NCBI GenBank assembly: GCA_951406725.2
Contig: OX597814.1
Span: 74,710,001 to 74,774,000 of the forward strand
From: Octopus vulgaris
Taxonomy: Eukaryota
Direction of reading: 5' to 3'
DNA length: 64,000 nucleotides
This document shows, one piece after another, positions 13,213 to 25,978 of this stretch. Numbering within the stretch: position 1 is the first letter of the stretch; each line of letters starts with the position of its first letter. Made by a program: the position numbers and the translations under genes. The notes under the pieces are model-generated. The model ran no database searches and had not been told where the DNA came from. It worked only from the letters and a program-made list of their open reading frames with translations.

Positions 13213-13510
13213 ATTTTAAATGAAAAACCTGTTGTGAAAATGCTACTGAGTCTACGCATGAACAATTTTGATTTCACCATGTCACATTTCGTGCATTTAT
13301 GAAGAACCTGGTGTTTTTGACATCTTATTTTGCATACACGTGCGAAGAATTCACAAATATGAAATGTGATTTAAATATGCTTCACCTATAAAAATCAAAA
13401 TCAGAAACTACTTGGTATAAGCGTATACCTGCATTACACAACTGGAACTTTACATTCCATGGTGCACCCCTGTCTTTGGTGCATTGAGTGAAATAAATAC
13501 ATTCCATATT
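13213..13510 (+). other. Putative non-coding terminal exon (3' UTR) of the EGF-peptide gene
   Basis: Strong acceptor CTTTCTTTCTATTTTTCAG ending 13212, branch-like TACTAAA upstream, AATAAA at 13492-13497, unique sequence. Pairing with the 7854 donor is inferred. Confidence 0.45.
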
Positions 13511-13527
13511 TATAATTTTGTCGCAGT

Positions 13528-13680
13528 TGGTGAACTGGGAGAATCGACAGAGCGTCGGGCTAAATACTTAGTAACATCTCTTCCGAATCTCTACTTTCTG
13601 AGTTCGAATTCCTCCAAGATCAACTTTACCTTTCAGGATCAATAAAATAAACTATCAGTTGAGCTCTTGGGTCGATATGA
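13528..13680 (+). mobile_element. Diverged SINE (family B)
   Basis: CTGAGTTCGAATTCCTCCAAGATCAACTTTACCTTTCA..GATCAATAAAATAA matches family B. Confidence 0.65.
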
Positions 13681-14212
13681 CCACCTTCAACTTAGCCCTT
13701 TTAAATACGCCAACATTTAAAACCGCATTTATGATATCGTCATAAAGACTTTCAAAGTTCAGTGTACTTTCTTTTAGAATTAGTTTATATCTAAATTAAT
13801 AAACAAATTATCTTGCGGTATTAACTTGGTTTTACTTTAGATCGGTAATCTCATAAGTAGAGTCGTTGTTTCCGCCATTAATATTTATGTTCGCCATTAA
13901 TATTTATGTTCGGTAGTTTTGTGAGCATTATTTTGTAAAATGAGGCATTTATTGTGCTAACACTGCATGAGTATTTATTATATATATTTATTGTGGCATT
14001 CTCTTTCCATACAAATACACACACACACACACACACACTCACACACACACACACACACACCACACATACACAAACAGATACAGAACGCTTCAGAAGAAAT
14101 TATATCAATATATATACGTATACACACACACATACACACACATACACACACACACACACACAGAAGACTACAGAAGAAATTATATCAATATACATATACT
14201 TATATACATAAA

Positions 14213-14765
14213 GTTTTAGGGTAAATGTATATATGGTGACAGGAGGATTGACCCAGAATCCGCCGAACGAGTGGTCCTTACTGATGAAGGCTATGGAAAT
14301 AGCCGAAACTAGACATTCAGTTTAAGGGATTCTCGAGTCGGTGTTTTGGGAGATTGTAGCTCCTATGAGCGTATAAGTATTCGTCTATGTGCTTTTTCTA
14401 CAGCATTAGAGCATTTTAGCTCATATTTCTAGCAATGTAGATGTCTTGACACCCTTAGTCGCTTTCAGTGATATTACATTGGACATAGCTTTTCATATTA
14501 ATTTTTGTATACACATTAGCGATCCTCTAAATCACTCATAAATTTTTTATGGTAAGTACATATATGCTGACAGAAGGATTGGCCCACAATCTGCTGAACG
14601 AGTGTTCCTTACTCATGAAGCTTACAGAAATAGCCGAAACTGGATTTTCGTCTAAGGAATTCTCTTATTTCTAGCAGTGTAGGTGCCTTGACTCCATTAG
14701 TCGCCTTCAGTGACAATTATATTTTTCCTTTATGGTATTACATTGCACATAGCAGCTTATATTAA
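14213..14765 (+). mobile_element. Tandem ~331-bp repeat with a type I hammerhead per unit (non-LTR retrozyme / tandem pLTR-like)
   Basis: Units start at about 14215 and 14546. Cores at 14281 (CTGATGA) and 14612 (CTCATGA). The second unit has an internal deletion. Confidence 0.75.
14275..14329 (+). ncRNA. Type I hammerhead ribozyme
   Basis: TCCTTA-CTGATGA-A-GGCTAT-GGAA-ATAGCC-GAAA-CT..AG-T-T-TAAGGG. All three stems pair; GUU triplet. Confidence 0.8.
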
Positions 14766-14789
14766 TATGTGTGTGTGTGTATGTATATG

Positions 14790-14855
<66 letters not shown>

Positions 14856-16281
14856 TGTATGTATGTATGTATGTATGTATATTACCCTCCTTTAGCTATC
14901 ATCGGTGAATATGTCTTGTTAGTTATAATTTTTATCGTAAGCTTATGCTCATTATTGACTCATTATTGAATCAAAGAACTTCTATGCATTATCATTCATT
15001 TGTCAACGAGCTTTTAAGGAAATTACCCTAAATTATTTTTTACTACTTTTGTTTTAACTAGCATTTTTTTTTTTACTATCTTCATTTCAAATTCATTCTT
15101 AACGTACATATCCTCTCACACACATGCTCAAACAAACGAACGAACACACAGATATGCACAAATATTTATATTAATTTAAAAGTTCAAACAAACAAAATTA
15201 AGTTTTATTTTCTAGTCAATATTTATAAGTAAATGATAGTTATGTAAAAACATTTCAGCGCGCATTTCGAATAAATATACTGTATTACATTTAGTATTTA
15301 TTCGCACTGCACTCTCATATCTTAGTTCTGCGCTCTCATATCTATCTCAGTTGTGTGCTATTTAATGATTGAAGAGTAAATGGATATTTATTTGAATTTG
15401 TAAATATAAATTAAATCACGTTAAACCTTTTATATAATTTATTTTCAAATAAAATCAATATTTTTCTATATACGCTTTGAGTGATTTTTTACAGTCTGAA
15501 TTTTGTCTTTTTTATTTTGTTATTTTGAATATTGATATCGATCACAATGTTGTGCCTTTTGGAAGCAAGTGAATGCTTAAGAGCACAAATTATCTTCCAT
15601 GTTTTATGAGATTGCCATCAGTCTTTTCCCTTCATGCTTGTCAACAATTCTAATGGGAAAGGTATGAAAATTACAATTATATATACTCTTTCTCGAAAAA
15701 GACTGTCTTTTGCCAAGTAAAAAATTGGTAGTATATATCTACATGTTGTGAGTAGGTTAAAGCATTGGTGCTCTATGTACAGACATCGTAGTTGTCGATA
15801 CAATAATTAATGGTTGTATACTGGGGTTGATTATATATCTCCTATCTTGCAAAATAAAATAAAAATGCTGCTGACCCCTATTCAGGCCTAATTGAAAGGA
15901 ACATTGATCAAACAATTTCCATCTGCAACGATTAAGTCTGTTTGCGAGTATCGAGGACTACGTTTGTAATGCCTACTAAAGACGGTTGGGTGGGACTTGA
16001 ATGAGATTTGGTTCCAACTTCTAGCAGGTATAGCAACCATTCAGAGGCTCCCTTATTAATTCAAGAGTGCCTAAATCAAGTAACATCCAATTGTTTATCT
16101 CGAATTTCAGTTCGTCAAGTTCCTATGGTGTTTGTTGCTTTGCTAACATTACATATTTCTCGTCTATCTAGTTCAAAAATAATTTACTTTATTATTAATA
16201 TCACTGGGAAAGTTTAACTTCCCATTTAATTTAGCATCTCTTACTTGAGTTAAGTTCAAGGAATTATTTCATTCGTCATAA

Positions 16282-16460
16282 AGGCGGCGAGATGATAGAA
16301 TCGTCAGGACGCTGGGCAAAATCCTTAGCGGCATTCTGAGTTCAATTTTCAGTGAGGTCGACCTTGTCTTTCATTCTTTCGGGATCGATGAAATAAGTAC
16401 TTGTGGAACACTGGGATCGATGTAATCGAGTAATCCACTTTTCCCAAATTTCAGGCCTTA
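16282..16460 (+). mobile_element. SINE (family B)
   Basis: AGGCGGCGAGATGATAGAATCGTCAG..CTGAGTTCAATT..GAGGTCGACCTTGTCTTTCATTCTTTCGGGATCGAT. Confidence 0.75.
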
Positions 16461-16683
16461 TACCTGGCTCCTGGGTGCCCTGGCCAAAATCCACTCCACT
16501 GCAAGCATTCGGACTAGATCTTAATCCTTCGGCTAATCAAGTGAAAAATGTATTCCGAAAGCTAAAATGAATAAAGCAATGTGATTGAAATAGCAAGGAT
16601 CAAGGATCGTAAGCTATGCCCGCTTTCTCTTTCCCCAGTATCGTTAGTTTATTTCTAGAAAAACTATAATTAATTTTATTGCA

Positions 16684-16715
<32 letters not shown>

Positions 16716-16912
16716 TGTGTGTGTGCGCACGCGCGTGCGAATGGATTTGAACGTTAGTGACTTAAAAAAAGACAATCACATTAACTTCAGTTCAGATGTC
16801 CTGGCGCCACAAACACTAGAAGCTCATATGCTGCTCCTCAATCCCAGTTAAGTGGAACAATTAGTATTTCCATTTTATTTTATATACATACATATATATA
16901 TATATATATATA

Positions 16913-16978
<66 letters not shown>

Positions 16979-16981
16979 TAC

Positions 16982-17025
<44 letters not shown>

Positions 17026-17149
17026 ATGTTTTCAGATGAATTTGTTTTATTTAAGTGTTTCGTGGGGTTTTTGTAATTTTGATCTTTCTCTACAACTTTC
17101 GTTTATCGTTTTTGAAATTTTAACAAATTTGACACCCATTCAGTCATAC

Positions 17150-17885
17150 GACAATGGAGTAGCAAGTTCAAAACCAAAAACAAAAACAAAAGCTGAAAGA
17201 AAAAAGAAAAACAACATTCTCGACACCTACTTCTCTTTGATTTCATTGAAGGTTCCCAAACTGTTAAACCTGCGCCAGATATGTGTGCTGTGTACAGAGA
17301 AGGCCTGCACAGAAATCATTTTTACAATTCAAGGAAAAGAAATTCGACTTTATAGACTCTCCGCGTCCCATCTGATCTGTTCAGCTCCATGAGAATCGAT
17401 TGAACGAGCTCATCCATGAGAATTCGTACCAGTCTACTTGGGAATTGGCCTAGTAAAGGAGATACACTCATTATACTGTCGACCGCCACTTCATTCGATG
17501 AGTAGGATGCAAACGACCCGACTGGTGTTACGGTGTGCATCTTCAACACTACAGTGCTCGCCCGTATGTCGCTAATTTGACCAAAAATGCTATTTAAGAG
17601 TTCTGCACCCACTCTGTTCTTCCGATATAGCACCTTCAGTCACTCTCCAACAGGCTACGGGAGACCTTTCGTTCAACAACAATGAGGAGTTGAGAACATG
17701 GCCCGATGAATTATTCGGTGATTTCTACCGTCAAAACAATGACAAGATCGTGGAATATTGGTAAGAAGTCGTGAACAGTGAAGAAGAATATATTATTGAC
17801 CGATTTGTTAAAATCGTGATGAAAAACAAGGATCTAAAATAAATGAAAAAAACAAACGAATTCACCAGACAACCTCACAACCCAA
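17150..17885 (+). mobile_element. Decayed, internally deleted mariner element
   Basis: Broken translations RHLLLFDF..DMCAVY, FKEKKFDFIDSPR..LNELIHEN..STWELA (HTH), and C-terminal FNNNEELRTW..DFYR..EVVNSEEEYIID. Confidence 0.7.
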
Positions 17886-17920
17886 TGTGTGTGTGTGCGC
17901 GCGCGTACATAAGCATGTAT

Positions 17921-17959
<39 letters not shown>

Positions 17960-19687
17960 TAATATATATGTGTAATGCAATAAAAAGATCATGTGTAATC
18001 GAAGATGATAATCCGAAAACATTCCAAAATGATAATCCAGGAGATCCTGAGTTGGTAATCGAGAACATAATTGGATATAGATAAAAGCGAGTCTGTCTGT
18101 GTGGCTGTGGTTAAGAATATATTCAAATACATAACAAGTGCGTAGACAATGACAAACACAGTAAGAAGTTTGGCACTGAATGAGTGAAGGAAATATATGT
18201 TGGACTTTTAGGACTTATTTGCTCTTGATCGGAAATTCTAAAAAAAAAAAGCACAGTGATATAGAGAGAGGAGGAATAAAGAGAGAAAATGAGAGAAAAA
18301 ATGGAAAGGTAATTAGTCCATTTGTATTTATGTAGATAGGTATGTCTATGGATTTGGTGAGTGTTTATTACTGGCATTTGTGAATGCGTCAGCGTCAGTA
18401 GTGTGTATATGTTTCCTTTTAATTGTGATAGTGCTTGTGTTTAAGTTGTGTCATAAAAAATAGGTGTGAGTATATGGTTGTATGTATGTGTTTGGCGTGT
18501 TTGCATTTAGCATGTTTGTGTATGTATGTGGGGGGATACTTGTGTCAATATAGATTTTTGTATATGTGTGCATATGGTCGCTTTTGAGCATGTACGAGTA
18601 TCTGTGTGATTTTATAGTATGTAAAGCAGGTCAATGTATACGTGAATGTGTTTGATGTGTATTTAGCGCGTGTGTATGTATACGTGTATCAACAGCAGAT
18701 AAGCAAGAACGTGTTATATTTGTTGAATAGTGATGGTATTAATGTACAATGTATGACAAAGGTAGATGTGCATTTATTTATAATTGTTTATATGCCAGTT
18801 GTAAATGTATTTGCGTGTATGAGAGAGAGAGGAGGCAGAGAAAAAAGAGGGAGAGAGAGGTTTTTGGATTGTGGTAGGTTAGCATGGCAAATTGCGTTTT
18901 CTTAAGTGTGAAGTGTGTATATTTGAAAAAGCGATTAGAAACGGAGCGATTGGTAACAAGGTGACAAGGAAGCTGACAGAAGTGCTGGAAATGGGGGAAG
19001 TAAATACAAACGCAGATGGAAGGGGTTGACAAAGGAAATAAAGGGACTTGAGCTATTCAATGATAATATATGTCACCCCGGAAAAGCCGCATATATGTCG
19101 ACTTCATGGTTCTGTGGTGTGTCCAATACATTAGGAGAAGATCTGACCTGAACATAATGAACGGAAAGATTGGGGTAGTTTTACTTCACAAAGTCACCTC
19201 AGTGATCTATCGATCTATCGTAAAGATTGAGAAAGAAATGGGAAACAGGAGAAGTCAACACAGAAAAATAAAGAAACACAGAGACTGAAACTGCGCTTGC
19301 GCGCTGAATTTTGAAATGTTATAACATATAATAATGAGACACGTGTTATTTGTCTCTGAATTATAAGTTAGTTGTTAAGGCCGGTTACTGATGAGAATTC
19401 GCCTAGCAAATTATCTTATTTGCTAAAGAAATTTGAAACCTAGGTATAACCGCAAAAAATAACAAGGTAAAAGTTTTTATTTTTCATTTCCTTCGAAAAT
19501 TGCTATAAAATGTGGCTTTGGTCGTTTTGGCTGCTTCTTCTAGCGTGTAAAAATGACCTGTTAAAGGGTAGTTTTCTTTTGTGCTTAAATGTACACTATT
19601 TTATATACATACATACATACATACATACATACTCGGTTTCACGGGGAAAGAGCAAACTTAGAAATACATACATATATATATATATAT

Positions 19688-19819
19688 ATTTATTATATAG
19701 AAGGAGCTTCTACAGGACTAGAACTGTTTCATTCAAGAGAAATCTTCAGCAAGCTTCCTGAAGATTTCTCTTGAATGAAACAGTTCTAGTCCTGTAGAAG
19801 CTCCTTCTATATAATAAAT
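19688..19819. repeat. 132-bp near-perfect palindrome
   Basis: 19688-19749 is the rc of 19758-19819. The centre is C-AAGCTT-C (single mismatch, no spacer). Confidence 0.95.
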
Positions 19820-19885
19820 TAATTTTACTCTGCTATGTATTGAGTACCTTATTTACTGTGGTTAACCCCGAATCAACCCGGGACC

Positions 19886-19938
<53 letters not shown>

Positions 19939-20056
19939 AATATAAGGATAAAATCTATATAAGAATTTATCAAGTAGTCAGCGTGAAAAACGAGTTAAGG
20001 GAAAAATTTATATAAAATATATAATTAATATATTCCCTTTTAAATACATGTATTAT

Positions 20057-20680
20057 ATTAAGAGCATTACTACACGTAAATGCCTCACGCTATAAAGGAC
20101 TTTTAAAGTCAAAGCTGCCGTAATAAATATACAGTTTACCGACAGCGAGGGAATGCTACTAGGAAGTCGTCTCTTAAGAACAGATTCAGCCGCAAATCAG
20201 ATGATTTCATAGTTAATGTACATAATCCACTTTCTAATCGTCAGTGCAGGCATAATCAGAATAGACATACACAAAAAAATGAACAAAATTCACATGCCAG
20301 ACGAACACCAAATCTATCCAATAAAGCACATAGAAATGCTCACACTTATATAGCCATGTAAAAGACGGGATTTTCAAATTACTTCTCGGTACACGTGCAT
20401 GTTCGGAATAATTCAACACTGAATATATGTGCTATGTTGGATACATTTGGTGTTCATCTGGTATGTGAATTTTGTTCATTTTTATGTGTTCTGGTTATGC
20501 CTGCACTGATGATTAGAAAGTGGATTATGTACATTAACTATGAAATCATATGATTTGCGGCTGAATCTGTTTTAAGAGACGACATCCAAGTTGCATTCCC
20601 TCGTTGTCAATACACTGTATATTTATTATGATAGTTTTGACTTATAGCGTGACGCATTTATGTGTAGTAATGCTCTTAAT
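20057..20680. mobile_element. Fold-back element with ~260-bp inverted arms, each carrying a stem-II-less HHR-like motif
   Basis: Arms 20057-20331 and 20426-20680. Homologous to 986-1385. TGCA-CTGATGA-TTA-GAAA at 20502-20519. Confidence 0.8.
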
Positions 20681-21260
20681 TGCCATAAAAAATGTGGCGG
20701 ACCCATGGGGACGATGCTACTGTTGCTTATAGGCCCAAGAAGACATCTTCTCCAGCTGGCTAACGACACACTGTCTGTGTCTGATTAGTATTTGCGAAGG
20801 GAAATCATTGTTCCCATCAAGCAATAATAAATCTCTGAGCGAGAAGTAAACAGTAGCAGCATGGGATAAACAACAGTAGCATCGTCCCCTATGGGCCCGC
20901 CACATTTAATTGGCAAATATACTTCACGATTCCGTGCTGCTACTGTTTACTTCTCGCTCAGAGATTTGTTATTGCTTGTTTTCCTTTTTCTTGATCAGCG
21001 ACAGTTTGTCACTGGAAAAAGCATATAACATTTTGCGTTTGGAATGAGTTCTCACCGCTAGCTGGCGATTATTACACACTGATGACGGGTAAATACCCAG
21101 AAATATGGTTCTGTGTGTATCACGTAAGGACGATGATTTCCCTTTGCAAATACTGATCAAACACAGACAGTGTGTCGTTATCCAGCTGAAGGAGATGTCT
21201 TCCTGGGGCTATAAATAAAAGTAGCATTCCCCTACGGGTCCGCCATATTTAGATGGCAAA
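20680..21260. mobile_element. Nested fold-back element (A-B-C-A'-C'-X-B'-A') with an HHR-like motif in X
   Basis: Segment A (TTGCCA..TGTGGCGGACCC) has rc copies at about 20870-20916 and 21220-21259. C and C' are 20820-20862 and 20933-20978. HHR-like motif at 21073-21118. Confidence 0.75.
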
Positions 21261-21329
21261 GGGTGTAATAACCTATTTATAAAGGTAGAAATTCTAGGTT
21301 TTAGTGAAATGTTTTTAAATAACATAGAT

Positions 21330-21660
21330 AAATAAATAAATGGAGTTAAATGCAGGTGTTATTCAAATCTTTTTACTTCCGACATATGTTTCGAAGAAAA
21401 CATTGGTATTATTCCAGAAAGAAAAAAATGATGTAAAACAATGCAATCTTCTCACCAGAGAAAGAAAGAAATCAAACACATCAATAAGACATTTTAACAG
21501 AATGTAATGACTGCGTATATGATGAAAGGAACGCTAGCAATTTTTTTAAAAACACCGTTAATAGATATAATGTCAAAGGCAGTGTATAGAAAGAGGAGGA
21601 GGAGAAAGAAAGAAATTAGCAGAAAACTAATAGTGGAGAGATATAGAGCAATAGGTGATT
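21330..21660 (-). mobile_element. Decayed PLE pLTR with extended-stem-II hammerhead (core mutated)
   Basis: rc TTCT-CTGGTGA-GAAGA..TCTTC-GAAACATATGTC-GGAAG at 21376-21463, same layout as 32908-32990. Confidence 0.6.
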
Positions 21661-21959
21661 AGGAATAAAGCTTAAAGGCTTGGAAGTAGATATATTTAGA
21701 GGAAATATAATTGTCTACCTTGGTAACGCAGTCTAGATTTAATACACATGACGAGGAGGCCAGTGAGAGACTCTCTAAGGTCTGTGAAACATTGGGGAGG
21801 TTGAGGTCTATCAGCGCTGGTGTATGAATGCGAGACCTGAACAACCTACTGCAGACATATCCAATGTCCCGAGGGATTTCGCCTGCGATGCTTATATAAT
21901 ATCCTAAAGATCTTATGGCGATCTCATGTACCTGTTACGAGAGTACTGCAGTTGGTGAA

Positions 21960-22115
21960 TATGATGAGTATCATGTCCATTATAATGAAACACTATGGTC
22001 TTGTCATCATGTCCGTTTAGAGGACACCCACATGCCACAACAAGAACTATATGGCAAACTGGAGCAAGGAAAACATCCCCGGTGCAAGCCATGCAATCAT
22101 TTCAAAAACAATCTT
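21960..22115 (+). mobile_element. RTE-clade LINE C-terminal remnant
   Basis: LWSCHHVRLEDTHMPQQELYGKLEQGKHPRCKPCNHFKNNL resembles the RTE W.GHV.RM.D.R.PKQ.LYGEL..GKR motif. Confidence 0.6.
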
Positions 22116-22957
22116 GTGTGTGTCTGCTTCTCAAAAGCAAGCCGAAGGCGTGGTCACAGAGGTGTGCCTGTTTACCTATGTAATATCTGACATGGTTTCT
22201 CGTGCACCTTATAAAGCAGAGTGTGTGGTTTGGTTAGACATTCAGATGGTCGGGCCTCTGCTGCTGGGGTTGACTTGTGGTCGGTGTAGAATGACTTGTA
22301 AGTCCCTTGCATGCTTTAGGAGCAATATGAGACGTCTTCAACAATGGAGAAATTAATTGTGATGTTTGTTAGTGTGAAATGGGTCTAGCAAGTGGTCTAA
22401 TTATGTGTGTGCGTGCGCGCGCAGGCGTGTGTGTGTATGTGTGTATTATATAATTCACTATATCACTGGTGCACGTTCGTTCAGGCAATTAAAAATAACT
22501 GCTACAGTCAAGATCTGTAGTCTTGATGGCTTGCATTGAAAATCTTGTATCTAAATCAACTGGACGTAGTTAGCAAGCATATCTTCGGTTCCATAAACTC
22601 AAAGCTTATACGTGCCGCTGACTTACTACAATGAAATAGTAATACTGCTGTAATTAAGTCGTTCAGTAGTATAGAAAATGAAGCACTATCGATTCATCTG
22701 GTACGGCGAAATTCAAATTATCAATCACAAAAGCCCTTCTCCAGTAAATTTTATAATTTGGTGAAATATTTTCTACAATTAGTGACAGATAATAATGACT
22801 ATTATGCCTCTCTTATTTAATAATGACACCTTTCAGGTTAAAGGAAGTGCGTGAGAGATGAACACCTTCATTTGTAGTTTCGATGGGCCAAAGTTTACAA
22901 ATTTTAACTACTTGTACATTTCAGTCATGCTTTAAATAATAAGTTTTTCAGTATAGA

Positions 22958-23175
22958 ATTGTATGGAGATGACAGGATGGCAGTCATCCGCATAAATTGA
23001 CACGATGTAAATACATTTAGAAAAACGTTAACAGAAATATAGAAAAAATTGAAGTTAAACTTAGTCCTAATTTAAGATTCGTCAACATTTTAGGCAACAC
23101 ACTAGACTCAACTACAGGGAAGCATTACCTTTACAGAAAGTCAAATGAAGACATATTATATACAAATAACTCTAA
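22958..23175 (+). mobile_element. Decayed PLE reverse-transcriptase fragment
   Basis: Broken translation LYGDDRMAVI..FRKTL..TLDSTTGKHYLYRKSNEDILY parallels LYRDDALFVI..TTLDLNSKLHYPFRKEGE in the 896-aa ORF. Confidence 0.6.
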
Positions 23176-24736
23176 TAGTCTACGCTAAATCATGTAAAAA
23201 AAACACAAGAGCAATGTGAATAGGATATTGAACTGCGACAGCGAAATCATTTAGCCCCGCTGCACTCCACTGCAAGTACATAATCAAAGCGAAGACATTT
23301 CAAGAAAAAATTGGAAGAAGTGTTAAATGGACCACAGAGTAGTGTAATTAGGAAAAGGGAGAATAAGTACACAACGTTCGGATAATTGTCTGGTAGGAGT
23401 TGGGGATAATTATTTTACTGAGCACTGAAAGATGAAGTTTAATGAACTGAATTCGTTTTTCATGAGAACGGGTCGAATAATTTTTTCCCGAAAGACCTTC
23501 AAATGGTTAATTATTTTAAAAACTTGTGCATGATTGTTTACAGCGAACTATGCTTTTATAGGTATGTGTCATATTCAGATGGTGCCACATGACCAACCTA
23601 TTTTATGACAAATTTTATAAGAGGGTTGTAACTCACTGTAGAACCAAGATCGAGCACAACAGAAAGTGACACGAGACCAGAACGTGAAGCCTAAATAAGT
23701 ATGACGCGTGTATTGTAAGCTATAAGGCTGTGGCTGCGAAGGGGTTGTTTTGCGTCATCTAGAAATATGGTTCTTAATAGTTTACTGTATTTATGCGAGA
23801 CGTGTGAGCATACTTGTGTGCTAAGAGAAAATTAAATTGTATGAATGTATGTATGTATGTATGTATGTATGTATGTATGTATGTATGTATGTATGTATGC
23901 ATGTATGTATTATGTATGTGTGTATGTATGTACGTATGTATGAATGAATGCATGGGTGTATATAAGTGTGTGTGTATGTATATGTGTGTGTGTATGTATA
24001 TGTGTGTAATTACATACCTACCAGCACATACACTTATATTTGTGAGTAGATAAATAGATAAATAGCTCGCTAGCTAAATAGGTAGCAATCTCGTTGGGAA
24101 GCTAGATAAAAAAATGGAGACAGACTAAGAAAGGCAGAGAGTGGGAGGGAGGTGGAGAGAGAGAGAGAAAGAACGGTGAGGCGATGTAAGAGGAGAAAAC
24201 AAGAAAGATCGTAGAAAAATAAGCTATCAATATAGATTATCTAGGGCAGTGTATATTATTATGTATAGTTTCTTCGGACATTCTGGAGTCTATCTCGAAA
24301 CACAGATACACAAAAGACACATGAACGGCCGTAAACATAGATAAACACTTGCATACACACATACTCAAAGATAGCGTGTATGAAAAACAAAAGAAGAAAG
24401 CTAATTATCATGTGTATTTAATATATTTTCAATGAGTGTAGATTGATTACCTTAAAGTTAATGATATATTAACGCAATGTTGTTTTTAAATGTACATGGT
24501 GAAGAAAGGATCATTAAAAAATATACATTGCTAATTATAACCTTTAGACTGCAGCAAAACCTGACGAGAAGGTCTTTGTATACAAGACGTCCAAAACCTA
24601 CTACCATCAATAAAAGACACCACGTTTAGTATAAGGTAGTATTCTAAAAGAATAAGCTAGATTATGAAGTAGCGAGCAGCATAGAGGAAAGTTTAAAAGT
24701 AGCAGATTCGCAAAACCGAATACGAATAAGATTATG

Positions 24737-25250
24737 ACATCCATCCATCCATCCATCCATCCATCCATCCATCCATCTTCTCTGGAAGGGTCTTGGGGAT
24801 AGAGTCTTCAGATACATCCTCCATAGGGTCATATCAGAAGCAATCGTCATTTGACTTCCTGCTGCGTTCCCAAGCGTGATGAAATGAGTCTATGGATACC
24901 ATCTAACCATCTTGATCTTGGTCAACCCCTAAGTTTCCTGCCCGTTGACTCATCTTCAAGAATCCGTCTTGCGATCTTTCTCTGCGACATTTTTATCATA
25001 TGTCCGTAGTACCGAAGCTGTGACCTCTCAATGAGACGTAGCGGCTCGTCTTGGAAAGACACCCTGATCTCTGAGCCATACATTCTATCGAATAACCTTA
25101 CTCCAGAGATTCTTTGCAATCATACTCATTCGATCAGTACCCTACATTTATGGCCGTAGGTGAGGATAAGCACAGAAACCGAACTGAAAATAGTAAGTTT
25201 GGCTTTTTAAACCATTCTGTCCTCTTCTGACCCTCTAGCATAATCTCTAT
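24737..25250 (-). mobile_element. RTE-clade LINE 3' remnant with (GGAT)n tail
   Basis: ORF 24922..25119 QRISGVRLFDR..IERSQLRYYGHMIKMSQRKIARRIL..GRKLRG. Tandem GATG tail at 24739-24776. Confidence 0.75.
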
Positions 25251-25569
25251 CACCCAATATATTTCGCGTATACATTTCTTTACACTCAGCAAGAAAAAGC
25301 ATCTGGATCTGCGATCGTCACATTCTGACACCTGTTCCCTTCCGTACCAGTTCCTATTCTCCTTCAACTTTATCTCTACTAAATCTTTACTTAAAGAATA
25401 TCTCTTGATGTTCCGACAAGTGGTTAAAGAAAATTCAAGAAATCCATCTTCAGCAACTTCAAATAGATTCTGTCTTTATTGATGATATCACAAACGACAT
25501 GGTAAGCAACAAAAGTTTAAATAGAGTTGTGAAAATTCATCCCAGTAATTACTAAATACGGAAGACTGG

Positions 25570-25890
25570 GGAACCGCCATGGAGATTTAGTCCAACAAAT
25601 CGACCCCTAATCTTTATTATTTTTTGAAGCTTGGTACTTATTCTAATGGGGTCTTTTGTCAGGTAAATCATAAGGACGTAAACAAGCCAACTCGGTTGTT
25701 AAGCGGTGGTAGACGACAAACACACACGCGCGATGGGCTTCTTTCCGTTTACGACTACCAAATCTATTTATAAGGCCTTAGTCGGCCCAGGGCTATAATA
25801 GAAGACACTTGTCTAAGTTACCACGTAGTGGGACTGACTCCAAGATCACATGGTCTGGAAGCGAACTGCTTAACCACAGAGCTACGCTTG
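25570..25890 (-). mobile_element. SINE (family A)
   Basis: Matches 3245-3594 (GTCGGCCC..GGCTATA..GAAGACACTTG..GTAGTGGGACTGA). Confidence 0.75.
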
Positions 25891-25978
25891 TACCAAGTAG
25901 CTGTTATACAGAAAATTTACTCTAATTTTGCTTATTTTGTCAGAGCTAAAAACCGACAAAATATTGTTAAAAGGATTA

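Noticed and set aside
19755-19795. CTGAAGA..GAAAC..GTC as a functional hammerhead in the palindrome
   Set aside because: Stem I partners are missing, probably lost at the inversion point, and stem II is poor.
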